Below, piece by piece: positions 1 to 12,580 of a DNA stretch of 64,000 bases (the first letter of the stretch is position 1; every line of letters starts with the position of its first letter). The translations under genes and the position numbers were made by a program. The DNA comes from Octopus vulgaris (lineage: Eukaryota): positions 20,708,001 through 20,772,000 of the forward strand of contig OX597842.1 in the NCBI GenBank assembly GCA_951406725.2, in the 5' to 3' direction. A model generated the notes under the pieces. That model searched no databases and was not told where the DNA came from. It saw only the letters and a list, made by a program, of their open reading frames with translations.

Positions 1-935
1 TTCGAAGTTACTAGGTAAATATAAAATTTGGTGCTTGCAGTTCGGCTTGTACCAACGACTTGTGTGGCCACTTTTAATATACGAGGTAGCATTGTCACGA
101 GTTGAAAGGATTGAACAAAAATGTAATGTGTTCATTAGAAAGTGGCTAGGCTTACCTCGTATGTTGAACAGCTCAGCTCTTTATCGTAAAAGAGGTTCGT
201 TGCAGCTACCAATAGCATCAATAGTCGAAATATATAAGCTGGAGAAGATACGGACGGTCATGATGCTGAGAGAATCGAAGGATATGGAAATCAGGCGTAA
301 CCCACCAGAGGTGAAAACAGCCAGGAAGTGGAAAGCAGAAGCAGAAATTGACTACATCTTGTCTTCTCTTATACACAGAGATATGGTGGGAGCAACGCAG
401 AACCATCGGAAAGGACTTGGTTTTGGCGCAGATCAGTTCAGACCGTTTGCAAGCATGATGCCGAGTGAACGCAGATCTGTTGTTAGTAACAGCGTCAAAA
501 CAAGAGAATCAGAGAGAAGAGAGCTTCATTTGACCCGATGTGTTCATCAAGGTCAGATGACGAGATGGGAAGAACATGTTGTTTAGAGGAAGATCAGTTG
601 GGATGAGATGTGGAAGTGGACGACATCTCGGCTGAGTTTCCCGATTCGTTCATCTTATGATGTTTTGCCATCACCTACGAATCTAGTAAGATGGAATGTC
701 TTAGAGAATGACATCTGCAAATGTGGAAAGGTCGGTACACTAAAACATATTCTTTCCAACTGTTCATTAGCATTGAACAGGTACACATGGAGGCACAACT
801 TGGTCCTTAAGGTTATCTTCAATGCTATCAAGAACCAAATTCATCTCAACAACACTGAAAAACCGTTGAAAGTTACCATCAAGAGATTTCATTACCTTCT
901 TGCCACCAGATCAGCGGATTCGTTTCAAGAAGAAG
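1..935 (+). mobile_element. HERO-like (R2-superclade, RLE) non-LTR retrotransposon fragment, post-RT and zinc-knuckle region, degenerate
   Basis: ORFs 35-586 (KWLGLPRMLNSSALY...KTARKWKAE) and 608-1111 (SYDVLPSP...CKCGKVGTLKHILSNC...YTWRHN) resemble the HERO C-terminal half. There is an in-frame TAG at 584-586, and the sequence breaks abruptly into a different repeat at ~935. Confidence 0.75.
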
Positions 936-939
936 ATAC

Positions 940-1290
940 ATTACTGGTAATGTATACAGCATCTATAATTCTGTATTTGACCGAGGCTATTCTAAGATCT
1001 CGGAATTTTTCTGAGTGGAAGCGACGCTGGGTGTTGGAGCGGAAATCTTTATCTTCTACGAAGGCGATCAATTTTCTCCTGACAACATGTTACATGAGTT
1101 TGTCAACATGAAAGGCTATAAAGACAGGTGTATAACTTTTAGCATCTGCTCTACTAACTCCTTTATGGAGAGGACAAATTATGCCTTCCATTATGTTTTT
1201 GGGAAATCTTCCATTAGCGTGGAATCTCTGCAAGAGGATCTGTTGTACATTTTCTTGCTCCACTTTGGTTTTTATGGAAGTCAATAAGTA
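940..1290 (-). mobile_element. Degenerate CR1/L2-type LINE reverse-transcriptase fragment (copy at 5156-5506)
   Basis: Minus-strand translation QQILLQRFHANGRFPKNIMEGIICPLHKGVSRADAKSYTPVFIAFHVDKLM*HVVRRKLIAFVED resembles the PIHKGG...NYRPISLTS...KVMERIV RT motif. Confidence 0.65.
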
Positions 1291-1452
1291 GGATGGTTGT
1301 ATACTGTCAATTTAACGTGACAGTAGGAGATTACAACACCGATGTTTAGCCCTAGGAAGCATCGACGCTTCTTGATGGCTTCGACACATTTTATCCTGTG
1401 TCCTTATATATTTACGAAGGGGAGACAAACACCCCCAGCAGCCAGGCCTGCA

Positions 1453-1499
1453 TCTAGAGACACGCATGTTTCAGGATCTTTGTCCATCATCGGTCTAGA
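1453..1499 (-). ncRNA. Type I hammerhead ribozyme motif (Penelope-like, U4C variant)
   Basis: Minus strand reads TCTAGA-CCGATGA-T-GGA caaaga TCC-T-GAAAC atgcgt GTC-TCTAGA. Stem I is 6 bp and the cleavage triplet is GUC. Confidence 0.65.
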
Positions 1500-1697
1500 G
1501 TAGCAGAAGCCCGCCAGCCGCAGACATCTGTCACGATTTCGTAAATATATATATCTAATTTTCAGTGAAGTTTATTCACTGATCACCAAAATCAGAAATA
1601 TTAGATTTCTAAATATTTAGAAACTTAATATTTCTGATTTCAATAAGTAGGAATTTTGGGGAATACCTACTGGGTGTTGTGGATATATAATGTGTGG

Positions 1698-2081
1698 GGG
1701 AGGCGCAATGGCCCAGTGGTTAGGGCAGTGGACTCGCGTTCGTAGGATCGCGGTTTCGATTCCCAGACCGGGCGTTGTGAGTGTTTATTGAGCGAAAACA
1801 CCTAAAAGCTCCACGAGGCTACGGCAGGGGATGGTGGTGATCCCTGCTGTACTCTTTCACCACAACTTTCTCTCACTCTTACTTCCTGTTTATGTTGTAC
1901 CTGTATTTCAATAGGGCCGGCCTTGTCACTCTCTGTGTCACGCTGAATATCCCCGAGAACTACGTTAAGGGTACACGTGTCTGTGGAGTGCTCAGCCACT
2001 TGCACGTTAATTTCACGAGCAGGCTCTTCCGTTTATCGGATCAACCGGAACCCTCGTCGTCGTAACCGACGGAGTGCTTCC
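1698..2081 (+). mobile_element. tRNA-derived SINE family A (copy at 5916-6299)
   Basis: tRNA-like head with A box (tggcccagtggttagg) and B box (ggtttcgattccc). An 11-bp TSD ataatgtgtgg lies at 1687-1697 and 2082-2092. Confidence 0.9.
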
Positions 2082-2677
2082 ATAATGTGTGGTTATTTAG
2101 GTTTCAGTTAGATTTCCGGTAAAACTTGAAAGTAGGAAAAACGCGGTAACTGCATGTGATTAGGGCCTCATCATATTTGATTAGTAGTGTTGAGGAGTTG
2201 TGTTTTAATATGTAGAATTTACCAAGGCCTGTGGTTGAGTTTGAGCTGAGTTATCCAATTGCTGATATTGCGTCAGTTTCCTTTATTCTGATGTTATTAT
2301 TAATTGCCAATGCTTTGTCTGGCGCTGTTGGTCCGAAATACTTACCAAGGAAAGGTCCTCGCAAGTGTCACTATGGCCTTTTGAAAGCAATTGTCCTCGT
2401 TATCTGTTTTATGAGATTTCTTTCCTGAAACTCCATTTGAAATAACTTCTTCATCTGTTTTAGAAGAAAGAGCTTGATGTTTTTCAGTAAAAGTGATATA
2501 TAAAATTTGCTTGGAATTTACCAGGGCCTGTGACTGAGTTTGAGCCCTACTTTCCAATGGCTGATGTTCCAAGACTTTCCCCTATTCCGATGTTATTAAT
2601 AATTCTCAGCACTTTGTTTGGTGCTGTTGTGCCGAAATAATTGTCAGACAGAAGTCGTGGGATTGAAATTATGAAAC

Positions 2678-3790
2678 AGACCGTTTGCAAGCATGATGCC
2701 GAGTGAACGCAGATCTGTTGTTAGTAACAGCGTCAAAACAAGAGAAGCAGAGAGAAGAGAGCTTCATTTGATCCGATGTGTTCATCAAGGTCAGATGACG
2801 AGATGGGAAGAACATGTTGTTGAGAGGAAGATAAGTTGGGATGAGATGTGGAAGTGGACGACATCTCGGCTGAGTTTCCCGATTCGTTCATCTTATGATG
2901 TTTTGCCATCACCTACGAATCTAGTAAGATGGAATGTCTTAGAGAATGACATCTGCAAATGTGGAAAGGTCGGTACACTAAAACATATTCTTTCCAACTT
3001 TTCATTAGCATTGAACAGGTACACATGGAGGCACAACTTGGTCCTTAAGGTTATCTTCAATGCTATCAAGAACCAAATTCATCTCAACAACACTGAAAAA
3101 TCGTTGAAAGTTACCATCAAGAGATTTCATTACCTTCTTGCCACCAGATCAGCGGATTCGTTTCAAGAAGAAGATCTAGAAACTTCCTGAGAAAAATGAA
3201 AAGTGGAACGGCTATTGTGAGGTAACTGCAGCTTTACCTGGGTGCCAGGTTTTCTTTCCCATCCCAGTTTCGAAAACACCAGATATTTTGATGTGGTGTG
3301 AAAGAAAGAAAGTTGTAAATATAGTCGAGCTAACGGTTCCTCACGAAGATAATATGGACGCCGCTCGGGCTCGAAAATTGAACCGTTATGCAAACCTCCT
3401 CAAAGGAATGTGAGGACGCAGGCTGGAAAGCGGAACATTTTCCTATCGAACTCGGATGTAGAGGGTTTGTTGGATACAGCGTGAGACGACTGTTGTTATC
3501 GCTAGGCCTAACTCATCGTAAAGTCAATACCACCATGACTGATATCCAATCTACAGTGGAGAAGGCTAGCCCCTGGATTTTGTTAAAAAGAGACGATGAG
3601 CGATGGCTAGAAGTATATTGAGTTCTTCATAACCAGCTGATCTAGCAAGCGGGGCCTCATATCAGTGAGGGGGGCCGGTGCGCATTGATGCCGTCGAGAG
3701 GTAGGCCCCGAAACGGCGCGCATTCTCTCCTGATGACCCCATACATTTGCTAGCTTCCGGTATACGGAGCTTTTAACTGGTAGCACTTGC
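2678..3790 (+). mobile_element. HERO-like RLE retrotransposon 3' fragment with 3' UTR (copy at ~6897-8050)
   Basis: Zinc knuckle followed by restriction-like endonuclease motifs KTPDILMW...IVELTVPHEDN...ARK and FPIELGCRGFVG. Frameshifted. Confidence 0.8.
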
Positions 3791-4489
3791 ATGTGCAAGT
3801 TGTTTGCAAGACACCAAGGAAAGGTCCTCGCAAGGGTCCCTAGGGCCTTGTGAAAGCAATTGTCCTCGTTATCTGTTTTATGAGATTTCTTTCCTGAAAC
3901 TCCGTTTGAAATAACTTCTTCATCTGTTTTAGAAAAAAGAGCTTGATGTTTTTCAGTAAAAGTAATATATAAAATTTCAGTAAGTTTTATGCAATATCAG
4001 CCATTGGAAAATTTAATCTCCTTTCCGTTCAAGTAAAATGCCATCAGATTTATAATATTAACCTGGTCATGAAGTGATTTTTGCTAATAATCAGCAAGAC
4101 ATGAATTCGTCTTAAACATTGGCTCAACAGAAACGGTATTCCACCGGAATGTGTGCTTTCTTTGGTCTGTCCTTCAACGCATTTTGTTTAGCAATACGTT
4201 GTTTCTGTCACATTTATCCCTACCCAGGAGCAGAATATAATGAGCTTCATCGTGTAACCGGAGAGCAGTACCGTTAATTGTTACGATGCAACTGTTTAGA
4301 AAGTTTTTATTCCCCAAACGCATTATTACAGGTAATGTATCCAACATCTATAATTCTGCTAATAATCAGCAAGACATGAATTCGTTTGAAACATTTGCTC
4401 AACAAAACCAGTGTTTCGCCATAATGTGTATTTTCTTTGATATGTTCATGAATGCACTTTCTTTAGCAATACATTGTTTCTGTCACTTT

Positions 4490-5170
4490 TATTCCTACCC
4501 AGGAGCAGAATATAATGAGTTTCATTCCGTGGCCGGAGAGCAATACCCTTAATTGTTACGATGCGACTTTTTAGAAGGATTTAATTCCCAAAACGCATTA
4601 TTACTGGTAATGTATACAACATCTATAATTCTGCATTTGCCCGTAGCCTGTCTATGATCGTGTAATCTACGCCGTTGAAAACACATATCTCTTAAGTATT
4701 TCATTAAAAAGCAAAGGAAAGGGACAACTTCTTCCTGAGCGGAAGCAACAGTGGGTTTTTGAGCATTTATCCCTACCCAGGAGCAGAATATAATGAGCTT
4801 CATTCCGTGGCCGGAGAGCAGTACCCTTAATTGTTACGATGCGACTTTTTAGAAGGATTTCATTCCCAAAACGCATTATTACTGGTAATGTATACAACAT
4901 CTATAATTCTGCATTTGCCCGTGGCCTGTCTATGATCGTGTAATCTACGCCGTTGAAAACACATATCTCTTAAGTATTTCATTAAAAAGCAAAGGAAAGG
5001 GACAACTTCTTCCTGAGCGGAAGCAACAGTGGGTTTTTTAGCATTTATCCCTACCCAGGAGCAGAATATAATGAGCTTCATTCCGTGGCCGGAGAGCAGT
5101 ACCCTTAATTGTTACGATGCAACTTTTTAGAAGGATTTCATTCCCAAAACGCATTATTACTGGTAATGTA
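4490..5170 (-). repeat. 278-bp tandem repeats derived from degenerate LINE RT (again at ~9025-9526)
   Basis: The MKLIIF ORF start recurs at 4803/5081 and 9170/9448. The unit carries TQCCFRSGRSC, similar to the RT motif QHGFRSGRSC. Confidence 0.8.
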
Positions 5171-5668
5171 TACAGCATCTATAATTCTGTATTTGACCGA
5201 GGCTATTCTAAGATCTCGGAATTTTTCTGAGTGGAAGCGACGCTGGGTGTTGGAGCGGAAATCTTTATCTTCTACGAAGGCGATCAATTTTCTCCTGACA
5301 ACATGTTACATGAGTTTGTCAACATGAAATGCTATAAAGACAGGTGTATAACTTTTAGCATCTGCTCTACTAACTCCTTCATGGAAAGGACAAATTATGC
5401 CTTCCATTATGTTTTTGGGAAATCTTCCATTAGCGTGGAATCTCTGCAAGAGGATCTGTTGTACATTTTCTTGCTCCACTTTGGTTTTTATGGAAGTCAA
5501 TAAGTAGGATGGTTGTATACTGTCAATTTAACGTGACAGTAGGAGATTACAACACCGATGTTTAGCCCTAGGAAGCATCGACGCTTCTTGATGGCTTCGA
5601 CACATTTTATCCTGTGTCCTTATATATTTACGAAGGGGAGACAAACACCCCCAGCAGCCAGGCCTGCA

Positions 5669-5715
5669 TCTAGAGACACGCATGTTTCAGGATCTTTGTC
5701 CATCATCGGTCTAGA
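5669..5715 (-). ncRNA. Hammerhead ribozyme motif, duplicate of 1453-1499
   Basis: Identical sequence within the second segmental-duplication unit. Confidence 0.65.
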
Positions 5716-8700
5716 GTAGCAGAAGCCCGCCAGCCGCAGACATCTGTCACGATTTCGTAAAAATATATATATCTAATTTTCAGTGAAGTTTATTCACTGA
5801 TCACCAAAATCAGAAATATTAGATTTCTAAACATTTAGAAACTTAATATTTCTGATTTCAATAAGTAGGATTTTTGGGGAATACCTACTGGGTGTTGTGG
5901 ATATATAATGTGTGGGGGAGGCGCAATGGTCCAGTGGTTAGGGCAGTGGACTCGCGGTCGTAGTATCGCGGTTTCGATTCCCAGACCGGGCGTTGTGAGT
6001 GTTTATTGAGCGAAAACACCTAAAAGCTCCACGAGGCTACGGCAGGGGATGGTGGTGATCCCTGCTGTACTCTTTCACCACAACTTTCTCTCACTCTTAC
6101 TTCCTGTTTATGTTGTACCTGTATTTCAATAGGGCCGGCCTTGTCACTCTCTGTGTCACGCTGAATATCCCCGAGAACTACGTTAAGGGTACACGTGTCT
6201 GTGGAGTGCTCAGCCACTTGCACGTTAATTTCACGAGCAGGCTCTTCCGTTTATCGGATCAACCGGAACCCTCGTCGTCGTAACCGACGGAGTGCTTCCA
6301 TAATGTGTGGTTATTTAGGTTTCAGTTAGATTTCCGATAAAACTTGAAAGTAGGAAAAACGCGGTAACTGCATGTGATTAGGGCCTCATCATATTTGATT
6401 AGTAGTGTTGAGGAGTTGTGTTTTAATATGTAGAATTTACCAAGGCCTGTGGTTGAGTTTGAGCTGAGTTATCCAATTGCTGATATTGCGTCAGTTTCCT
6501 TTATTCTGATGTTATTATTAATTGCCAATGCTTTGTCTGGCGCTGTTGGTCCGAAATACTTACCAAGGAAAGGTCCTCGCAAGTGTCACTATGGCCTTTT
6601 GAAAGCAATTGTCCTCGTTATCTGTTTTATGAGATTTCTTTCCTGAAACTCCATTTGAAATAACTTCTTCATCTGTTTTAGAAGAAAGAGCTTGATGTTT
6701 TTCAGTAAAAGTGATATATAAAATTTGCTTGGAATTTACCAGGGCCTGTGACTGAGTTTGAGCCCTACTTTCCAATGGCTGATGTTCCAAGACTTTCCCC
6801 TATTCCGATGTTATTAATAATTCTCAGCACTTTGTTTGGTGCTGTTGTGCCGAAATAATTGTCAGACAGAAGTCGTGGGATTGAAATTATGAAACAGCAG
6901 AACCATCGGAAAGGACTTGTTTGGCAGATCAGTTCAGACCGTTTGCAAGCATGATGCCGAGTGAACGCAGATCTGTTGTTAGTAACAGCGTCAAAACAAG
7001 AGAAGCAGAGAGAAGAGAGCTTCATTTGATCCGATGTGTTCATCAAGGTCAGATGACGAGATGGGAAGAACATGTTGTTGAGAGGAAGATAAGTTGGGAT
7101 GAGATGTGGAAGTGGACGACATCTCGGCTGAGTTTCCCGATTCGTTCATCTTATGATGTTTTGCCATCACCTACGAATCTAGTAAGATGGAATGTCTTAG
7201 AGAATGACATCTGCAAATGTGGAAAGGTCGGTACACTAAAACATATTCTTTCCAACTGTTCATTAGCATTGAACAGGTACACATGGAGGCACAACTTGGT
7301 CCTTAAGGTTATCTTCAATGCTATCAAGAACCAAATTCATCTCAACAACACTGAAAAATCCGTTGAAAGTTACCATCAAGAGATTTCATTACCTTCTTGC
7401 CACCAGATCAGCGGATTCGTTTCAAGAAGATCAAGAAACTTCCTGAGAAAAATGAAAAGTGGAACGGCTATTGGGAGGTAACTGCAGCTTTACCTGGGTG
7501 CCAGGTTTTCTTTCCCATCCCAGTTTCGAAAACACCGGATATTTTGATGTGGTGTGAAAGAAAGAAAGTTGTAAATATAGTCGAGCTAACGGTTCCTCAC
7601 GAAGATAATATGGACGCCGCTCGGGCTCGAAAAATTGAACCGTTATGCAAACCTCCTCAAAGGAATGTGAGGACGCAGGCTGGAAAGCGGAACATTTTCC
7701 TATCGAACTCGGATGTAGAGGGTTTGTTGGATACAGCGTGAGACGACTGTTGTTATCGCTAGGCCTAACTCATCGTAAAGTCAATACCACCATGACTGAT
7801 ATCCAATCTACAGTGGAGAAGGCTAGCCCCTGAATTTGGTTAAAAAGAGACGACGAGCGATGGCTAGAAGTATATTGAGTTCTTCATAACCAGCTGATCT
7901 AGCAAGCGGGGCCTCATATCAGTGAGGGGGGCCGGTGCGCATTGATGCCGTCGAGAGGTAGGCCCCGAAACGGCGCGCATTCTCTCCAGATGACCCCATA
8001 CACTTGCTAGCTTCCGGTATACGGAGCTTTTAACTGGTAGCACTTGCATGTGCAAGTTGTTTGCAAGACACCAAGGAAAGGTCCTCGCAAAGGTCACTAC
8101 GGCCTTGTGAAAGCAATTGTCCTCGTTATCTGTTTTATGAGATTTCTTTCCTGAAACTCCGTTTGAAATAACTTCTTCATCTGTTTTAGAAGAAAGAGCT
8201 TGATGTTTTTCAGTAAAAGTAATATATAAAATTTCAGTAAATTTTATGCAATATCAGCCATTGGAAAATTTAATCTCCTTTCCGTTCAAGTAAAATGCCA
8301 TCAGATTTATAATATTAACCTGGTCATGAAGTGATTTTTGCTAATAATCAGCAAGACATGAATTCGTCTTAAACGTTGGCTCAACAGAAACGGTATTCCA
8401 CCGGAATGTGTGATTTCTTTGGTCTGTCCTTCAACGCATTTTGTTTAGCTATACATTTTTTCTGTCACATTTATCCCTACCCAGGAGCAGAATATAATGA
8501 GCTTCATCGTGTCACCGGAGAGAAGTTCTGTGAAATTTTACGATGCAACTTTTTAGAAAGTTTTTATTCCCAAACGCATTATAACTTGTAATGTATCCAA
8601 CATCTATAATTCTGCATTTGCCCGTGGCCTGTGTAAGAGCTCGGTATTCTCCTATGCAATTGCTGGTGGTTACTGTGTAAATTCTTCTGAACCTCGACTT

Positions 8701-9526
8701 TGGATATTTACAGTATATACAAGAAGACAATTTTTGTGTAATCTATGCAGTTGAAAACGTATCTCTTGCGTATTTCATTGAAAAGCAAAGGAAAGATTAA
8801 ACTTCTTCCTGATTCGAATCGACGCTGGGTTTCAGAGCGGAAGTCTTTATCTTCAAGGAATTCTATTAGTTTTCTGCTGACAACGAGTTCTATGATTTTG
8901 TCAACATGAAAGGCTAGAGAGACAGATGTACATCGTTTAGCCTCTGCTCGACATCTTATTCGAATTCTTGCATCACGGGGAATTATATTTTTCTATTGGT
9001 GTGCCATTCCCTTTGGAGCAATATTCGTGTAATCTACGCCGTTGAAAACACATATCTCTTAAGTATTTCATTAAAAAGCAAAGGAAAGGGACAACTTCTT
9101 CCTGAGCGGAAGCAACACTGGGTTTTTGAGCATTTATGCCTACCCTGATGCAGAATATAATGAGCTTCATTCCGTGGCCGGAGAGCAGTACCCTTAATTG
9201 TTACGATGCAACTTTTTATAAGGATTTCATTCCCAAAACGCATTATTAATGGTAATGTATACAACATCTATAATTCTGCATTTGCCCGTGGCCTGTCTAT
9301 GATCGTGTAATCTACGCCGTTGAAAACACATATCTCTTAAGTATTTCATTAAAAAGCAAAGGAAAGGGACAACTTCTTCCTGAGCGGAAGCAACAGTGGG
9401 TTTTTTAGCATTTATGCCTACCCTGATGCTGAATATAATGAGCTTCATTCCGTGGCCGGAGAGCAGTACCATTAATTGTTACGATGCAACTTTTTAGAAG
9501 GATTTCATTCCCAAAACGCATTATTA

Positions 9527-9626
9527 NNNNNNNNNNNNNNNNNNNNNNNNNNNNNNNNNNNNNNNNNNNNNNNNNNNNNNNNNNNNNNNNNNNNNNNNNN
9601 NNNNNNNNNNNNNNNNNNNNNNNNNN
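9527..9626. other. Assembly gap (100 N)
   Basis: Run of n. Confidence 1.
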
Positions 9627-9768
9627 GTCATAGCCAAGATGTTTGTGACCAAGCGGCCAAAGATAACAAAAGTAATAAACGAAGATAATAAAATTAAAAT
9701 TAGGGAATGGGTCTGTATTTGTATGTGTATATATATATGTGTGTATGTGTAGATATGCATAGGTACAC

Positions 9769-9836
<68 letters not shown>

Positions 9837-10449
9837 ATGTATGTGTGTGTATATATATATGTGTGTATGTGTATATATGTGTATATAGGGACTAGTGTGC
9901 TGTGTGTGCATGTGTGTGTGTGGATTTGTGTGTGTATGCGTGTATGTGAGTATGTGTGTGTGTGTATATATATTTTTCTGTGTGTATATGTATGTGTGGT
10001 CGTGTGTGTGTATATATACATGTGTGTATACGTGTATGCATGTGAGTGTGTGTATGTATACATATATGTGTATGTGTAGATATGTATATGTATGTGTAAG
10101 TGTATATATATGTATATATATATGTGTGTGTATGTATGTGTGTATGTATATGTATATATGTTTGTATGCGCGTGTATATATGTATACATATGTGCATAGG
10201 TATAAGTGAGAATCTCCTTATTTACCTAAAACTCTATCCCCCTTTTTTTATATATATATATATATATTTTTATTTTTTTATGTTTTATTTTTTATTTTTT
10301 ATTTATTCTTCTATCTAATTTAACACTGACTCCTTGACCACTCCCCCAAGTATGATATTTTGCGCTATGCCTACCCCCAAAAAAGTCCCCCACCAACACC
10401 CCTTTAAACCTGCCTAAATGTATAAATGCCAATACAATTCTTGTTAACT

Positions 10450-10500
10450 AGCTTCCTGAAGATTTCTCTTGAATGAAACAGTTCTAGTCCTGTAGAAGCT
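10450..10500 (+). ncRNA. Type I hammerhead ribozyme motif with intact core
   Basis: AGCTTC-CTGAAGA-T-TTC tctt GAA-T-GAAA-CAG ttctagtc CTG-TA-GAAGCT. Stems I, II and III all pair. Predicted GUA cleavage after 10494, with a TATAAA at 10421-10426 upstream. Confidence 0.75.
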
Positions 10501-10515
10501 CCTTCTATTTATATA

Positions 10516-10614
<99 letters not shown>

Positions 10615-10776
10615 CTGCATATATATATGTATTTATTAATTGATAAATTTCAGACAAGTGCAAAGCACTAATCTCCTCCTAAGTAGGATCCTCTTACTTC
10701 AATTAACTTGTTTTAGGCCGCATAACGTTTTTCTAAATTGAAGGTGTCCATGACTCTTGTCACAGTCTACGTCATT

Positions 10777-10777
<1 letters not shown>

Positions 10778-10843
<66 letters not shown>

Positions 10844-10936
10844 GTCTGTCTATCTGTCTGTCTATCTGCCTGTCTGTCCATCTGTCTGTTTGTCAATCTA
10901 TCTATCTATCTGTCTGTCTGTCAATCTGTCTGTTTG

Positions 10937-11007
<71 letters not shown>

Positions 11008-11012
11008 CTCTA

Positions 11013-11076
<64 letters not shown>
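10778..11076. repeat. (TCTA)n/(TCTG)n/(TA)n microsatellite
   Basis: Directly visible. Confidence 0.95.
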
Positions 11077-11081
<5 letters not shown>

Positions 11082-11111
11082 ACGGTGGAGGAGTTGAAAA
11101 TGCAGAGTTTC

Positions 11112-11160
11112 TTTACTTGACCGGTTTCACTTTTTTTAAAAAAAAATTTCCGAAAGTAAA
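11112..11160 (-). ncRNA. Degenerate hammerhead motif next to the Penelope endonuclease remnant
   Basis: Minus strand TTTACTT-(tcggaaa)-T/A stem-GAAACCGGTC-AAGTAAA. Stem III is the palindrome ACCGGT, and the CUGANGA box has decayed. Confidence 0.4.
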
Positions 11161-11327
11161 ATGTAAGGCTTTGTGTAGCCTTTGTGGTGTTAAGAATTGG
11201 TTATCATAGATGTATTAAAATACATTGATGCATTCTTTGACAATGATAAGAATATGCTAAGAGGGGCTTTGTGTTTAAACATCTTACATAAATGTGTTCA
11301 AAATAGGTAGTACAATAAACTCATTCC

Positions 11328-11597
11328 ATTAGGTGTGAAGGGTGCCACAAAGACTACATAGAGCAGATTAGTCTTACCCTCAGAGATAGAATGACAGTCA
11401 ACCGCCAACAATTGAGGGATCCCACCACAAGACAGATACCACTTAGTGGCCACTTAAATCTCTGTGCACAAAATAAGTTCCCCAAATTCCTAGTTTTCCC
11501 ACTGTACCAATACCCAGATAGCACCACTGAGCAAAGACGGATAAACAAGGAATATATACCTATTCAAAAATACAGACCACAACTCAACATACTCTAA
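11328..11597 (+). mobile_element. Penelope-like element GIY-YIG endonuclease C-terminal remnant
   Basis: IRCEGCHKDYIEQISLTLRDRMTVNRQQLR...PLSGHLNLC...RRINKE...KYRPQLN* fits the CxxC-YIGQT...R...H...E...PxLN pattern. Confidence 0.75.
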
Positions 11598-11632
11598 CAT
11601 CTCAAAAACATACTTCGACTGCACCACCCCCC

Positions 11633-11670
<38 letters not shown>

Positions 11671-11942
11671 GACTGTATTTATATATATGTGTATAAATAT
11701 ATGTACACTTATTTGTATATATATATTTGTGTGTGTGTGTGTGTGTATGTAGGCACACACACAAATATATATATATATACATACAAACATACATATGTAT
11801 ATGTATGTATGTATGTGTGTGTCTTTATGTCTGTGTTTGTCCCCTATCACCGCTTGGCAAACAGTGCTAATGTGTTTATATCCGCGTAACTTAGTGGTTC
11901 GGTAAAGTCAAACGGCAGAATAAATACCTGACATAGAAAAGT

Positions 11943-12175
11943 TATTTCTTTACTACCCACAAGGGGCTAAACATAGAGAGGACAAACAAGGACAGACAAA
12001 CGGATTAAGTCGGTTATATCGACCCCAGTGCGTAACTGGTTCTTATTTAATCAACCCCGAAAGGATGAAAGGTAAAGTCGACCTCGGCGGAATTTGAACT
12101 CAGAACGTAATGCCAGACGAAATACGGCTACACTTTTCGCCCGGCGTGCTAACGTTTCTGCCAGCTCGCCGCCTT
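11943..12175 (-). mobile_element. tRNA-derived SINE family C (Meta-domain-like). Other copies: 13568-13750 (+), 31255-31660 (-, internally duplicated), 49720-49910 (-); divergent copies at 12940-13100 and 26640-26840
   Basis: Head ggcggcgagctggcagaaacgttagc...gagttcaaattcc, followed by gcctttcatcctttcggggttgattaa. This copy is nested in a family B SINE. Confidence 0.85.
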
Positions 12176-12282
12176 AAAAGTACTGAGGTGAATTCGTACA
12201 GCGAAACCTTTTGAAGGCAGCGCCTAAGAATTGATGCAGCCTAATGACTGAAGCAACAAAAAAAGTAAAAGATTAAAATATT

Positions 12283-12580
12283 CATCGGATTCATACAGAA
12301 GAGAAGCCAAAGCAATGTTCTTATCTAAAGATAAATCATTCTCATGAAGTAATTTAAGTAAACACAAACTAATTCACAGTGATGAGTATCTATATCACTG
12401 TGATATCTGTAGTAGTTCGTTGTCTAAAAGTAGTGGCCTAAATAAACACAATTGCACTCACACAGGGGAAAAGGCATATCACTGGTATCAGTGATAAACC
12501 AGTCTTTCAGTGAAGTAACTCTTCTATTCAAAAATGACTGATTCAACTATTCAGCCATGTATTCATACAAGAAAGAGGCA
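12283..12580 (+). pseudogene. Degenerate C2H2 zinc-finger array remnant
   Basis: HRIHTEEKP and SNLSKHKLIHSDEYLYHCDICSSSLSKSSGLNKHNCTHTGEKAYH, with frameshifts and stops. Confidence 0.7.

Larger units (their letters stand above)
940..8615. repeat. Tandem segmental duplication, period ~4.2 kb (940-~4360 vs 5156-~8615)
   Basis: Near-identical sequence, with identical ORFs offset by 4216-4257 bp (1015/5231, 1802/6020, 2231/6449, 3388/7645). Confidence 0.92.

Noticed and set aside
1698-1775. tRNA gene (and the equivalent heads of all SINE copies)
   Set aside because: These are tRNA-like SINE heads continuous with SINE bodies and TSDs; no proper acceptor stem or terminator was seen.
3675-3740. 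Hammerhead in the HERO 3' UTR (ttgatg...gaaac...ctgatga)
   Set aside because: I could not build stems I-III with an NUH site; probably just a structured 3' UTR.
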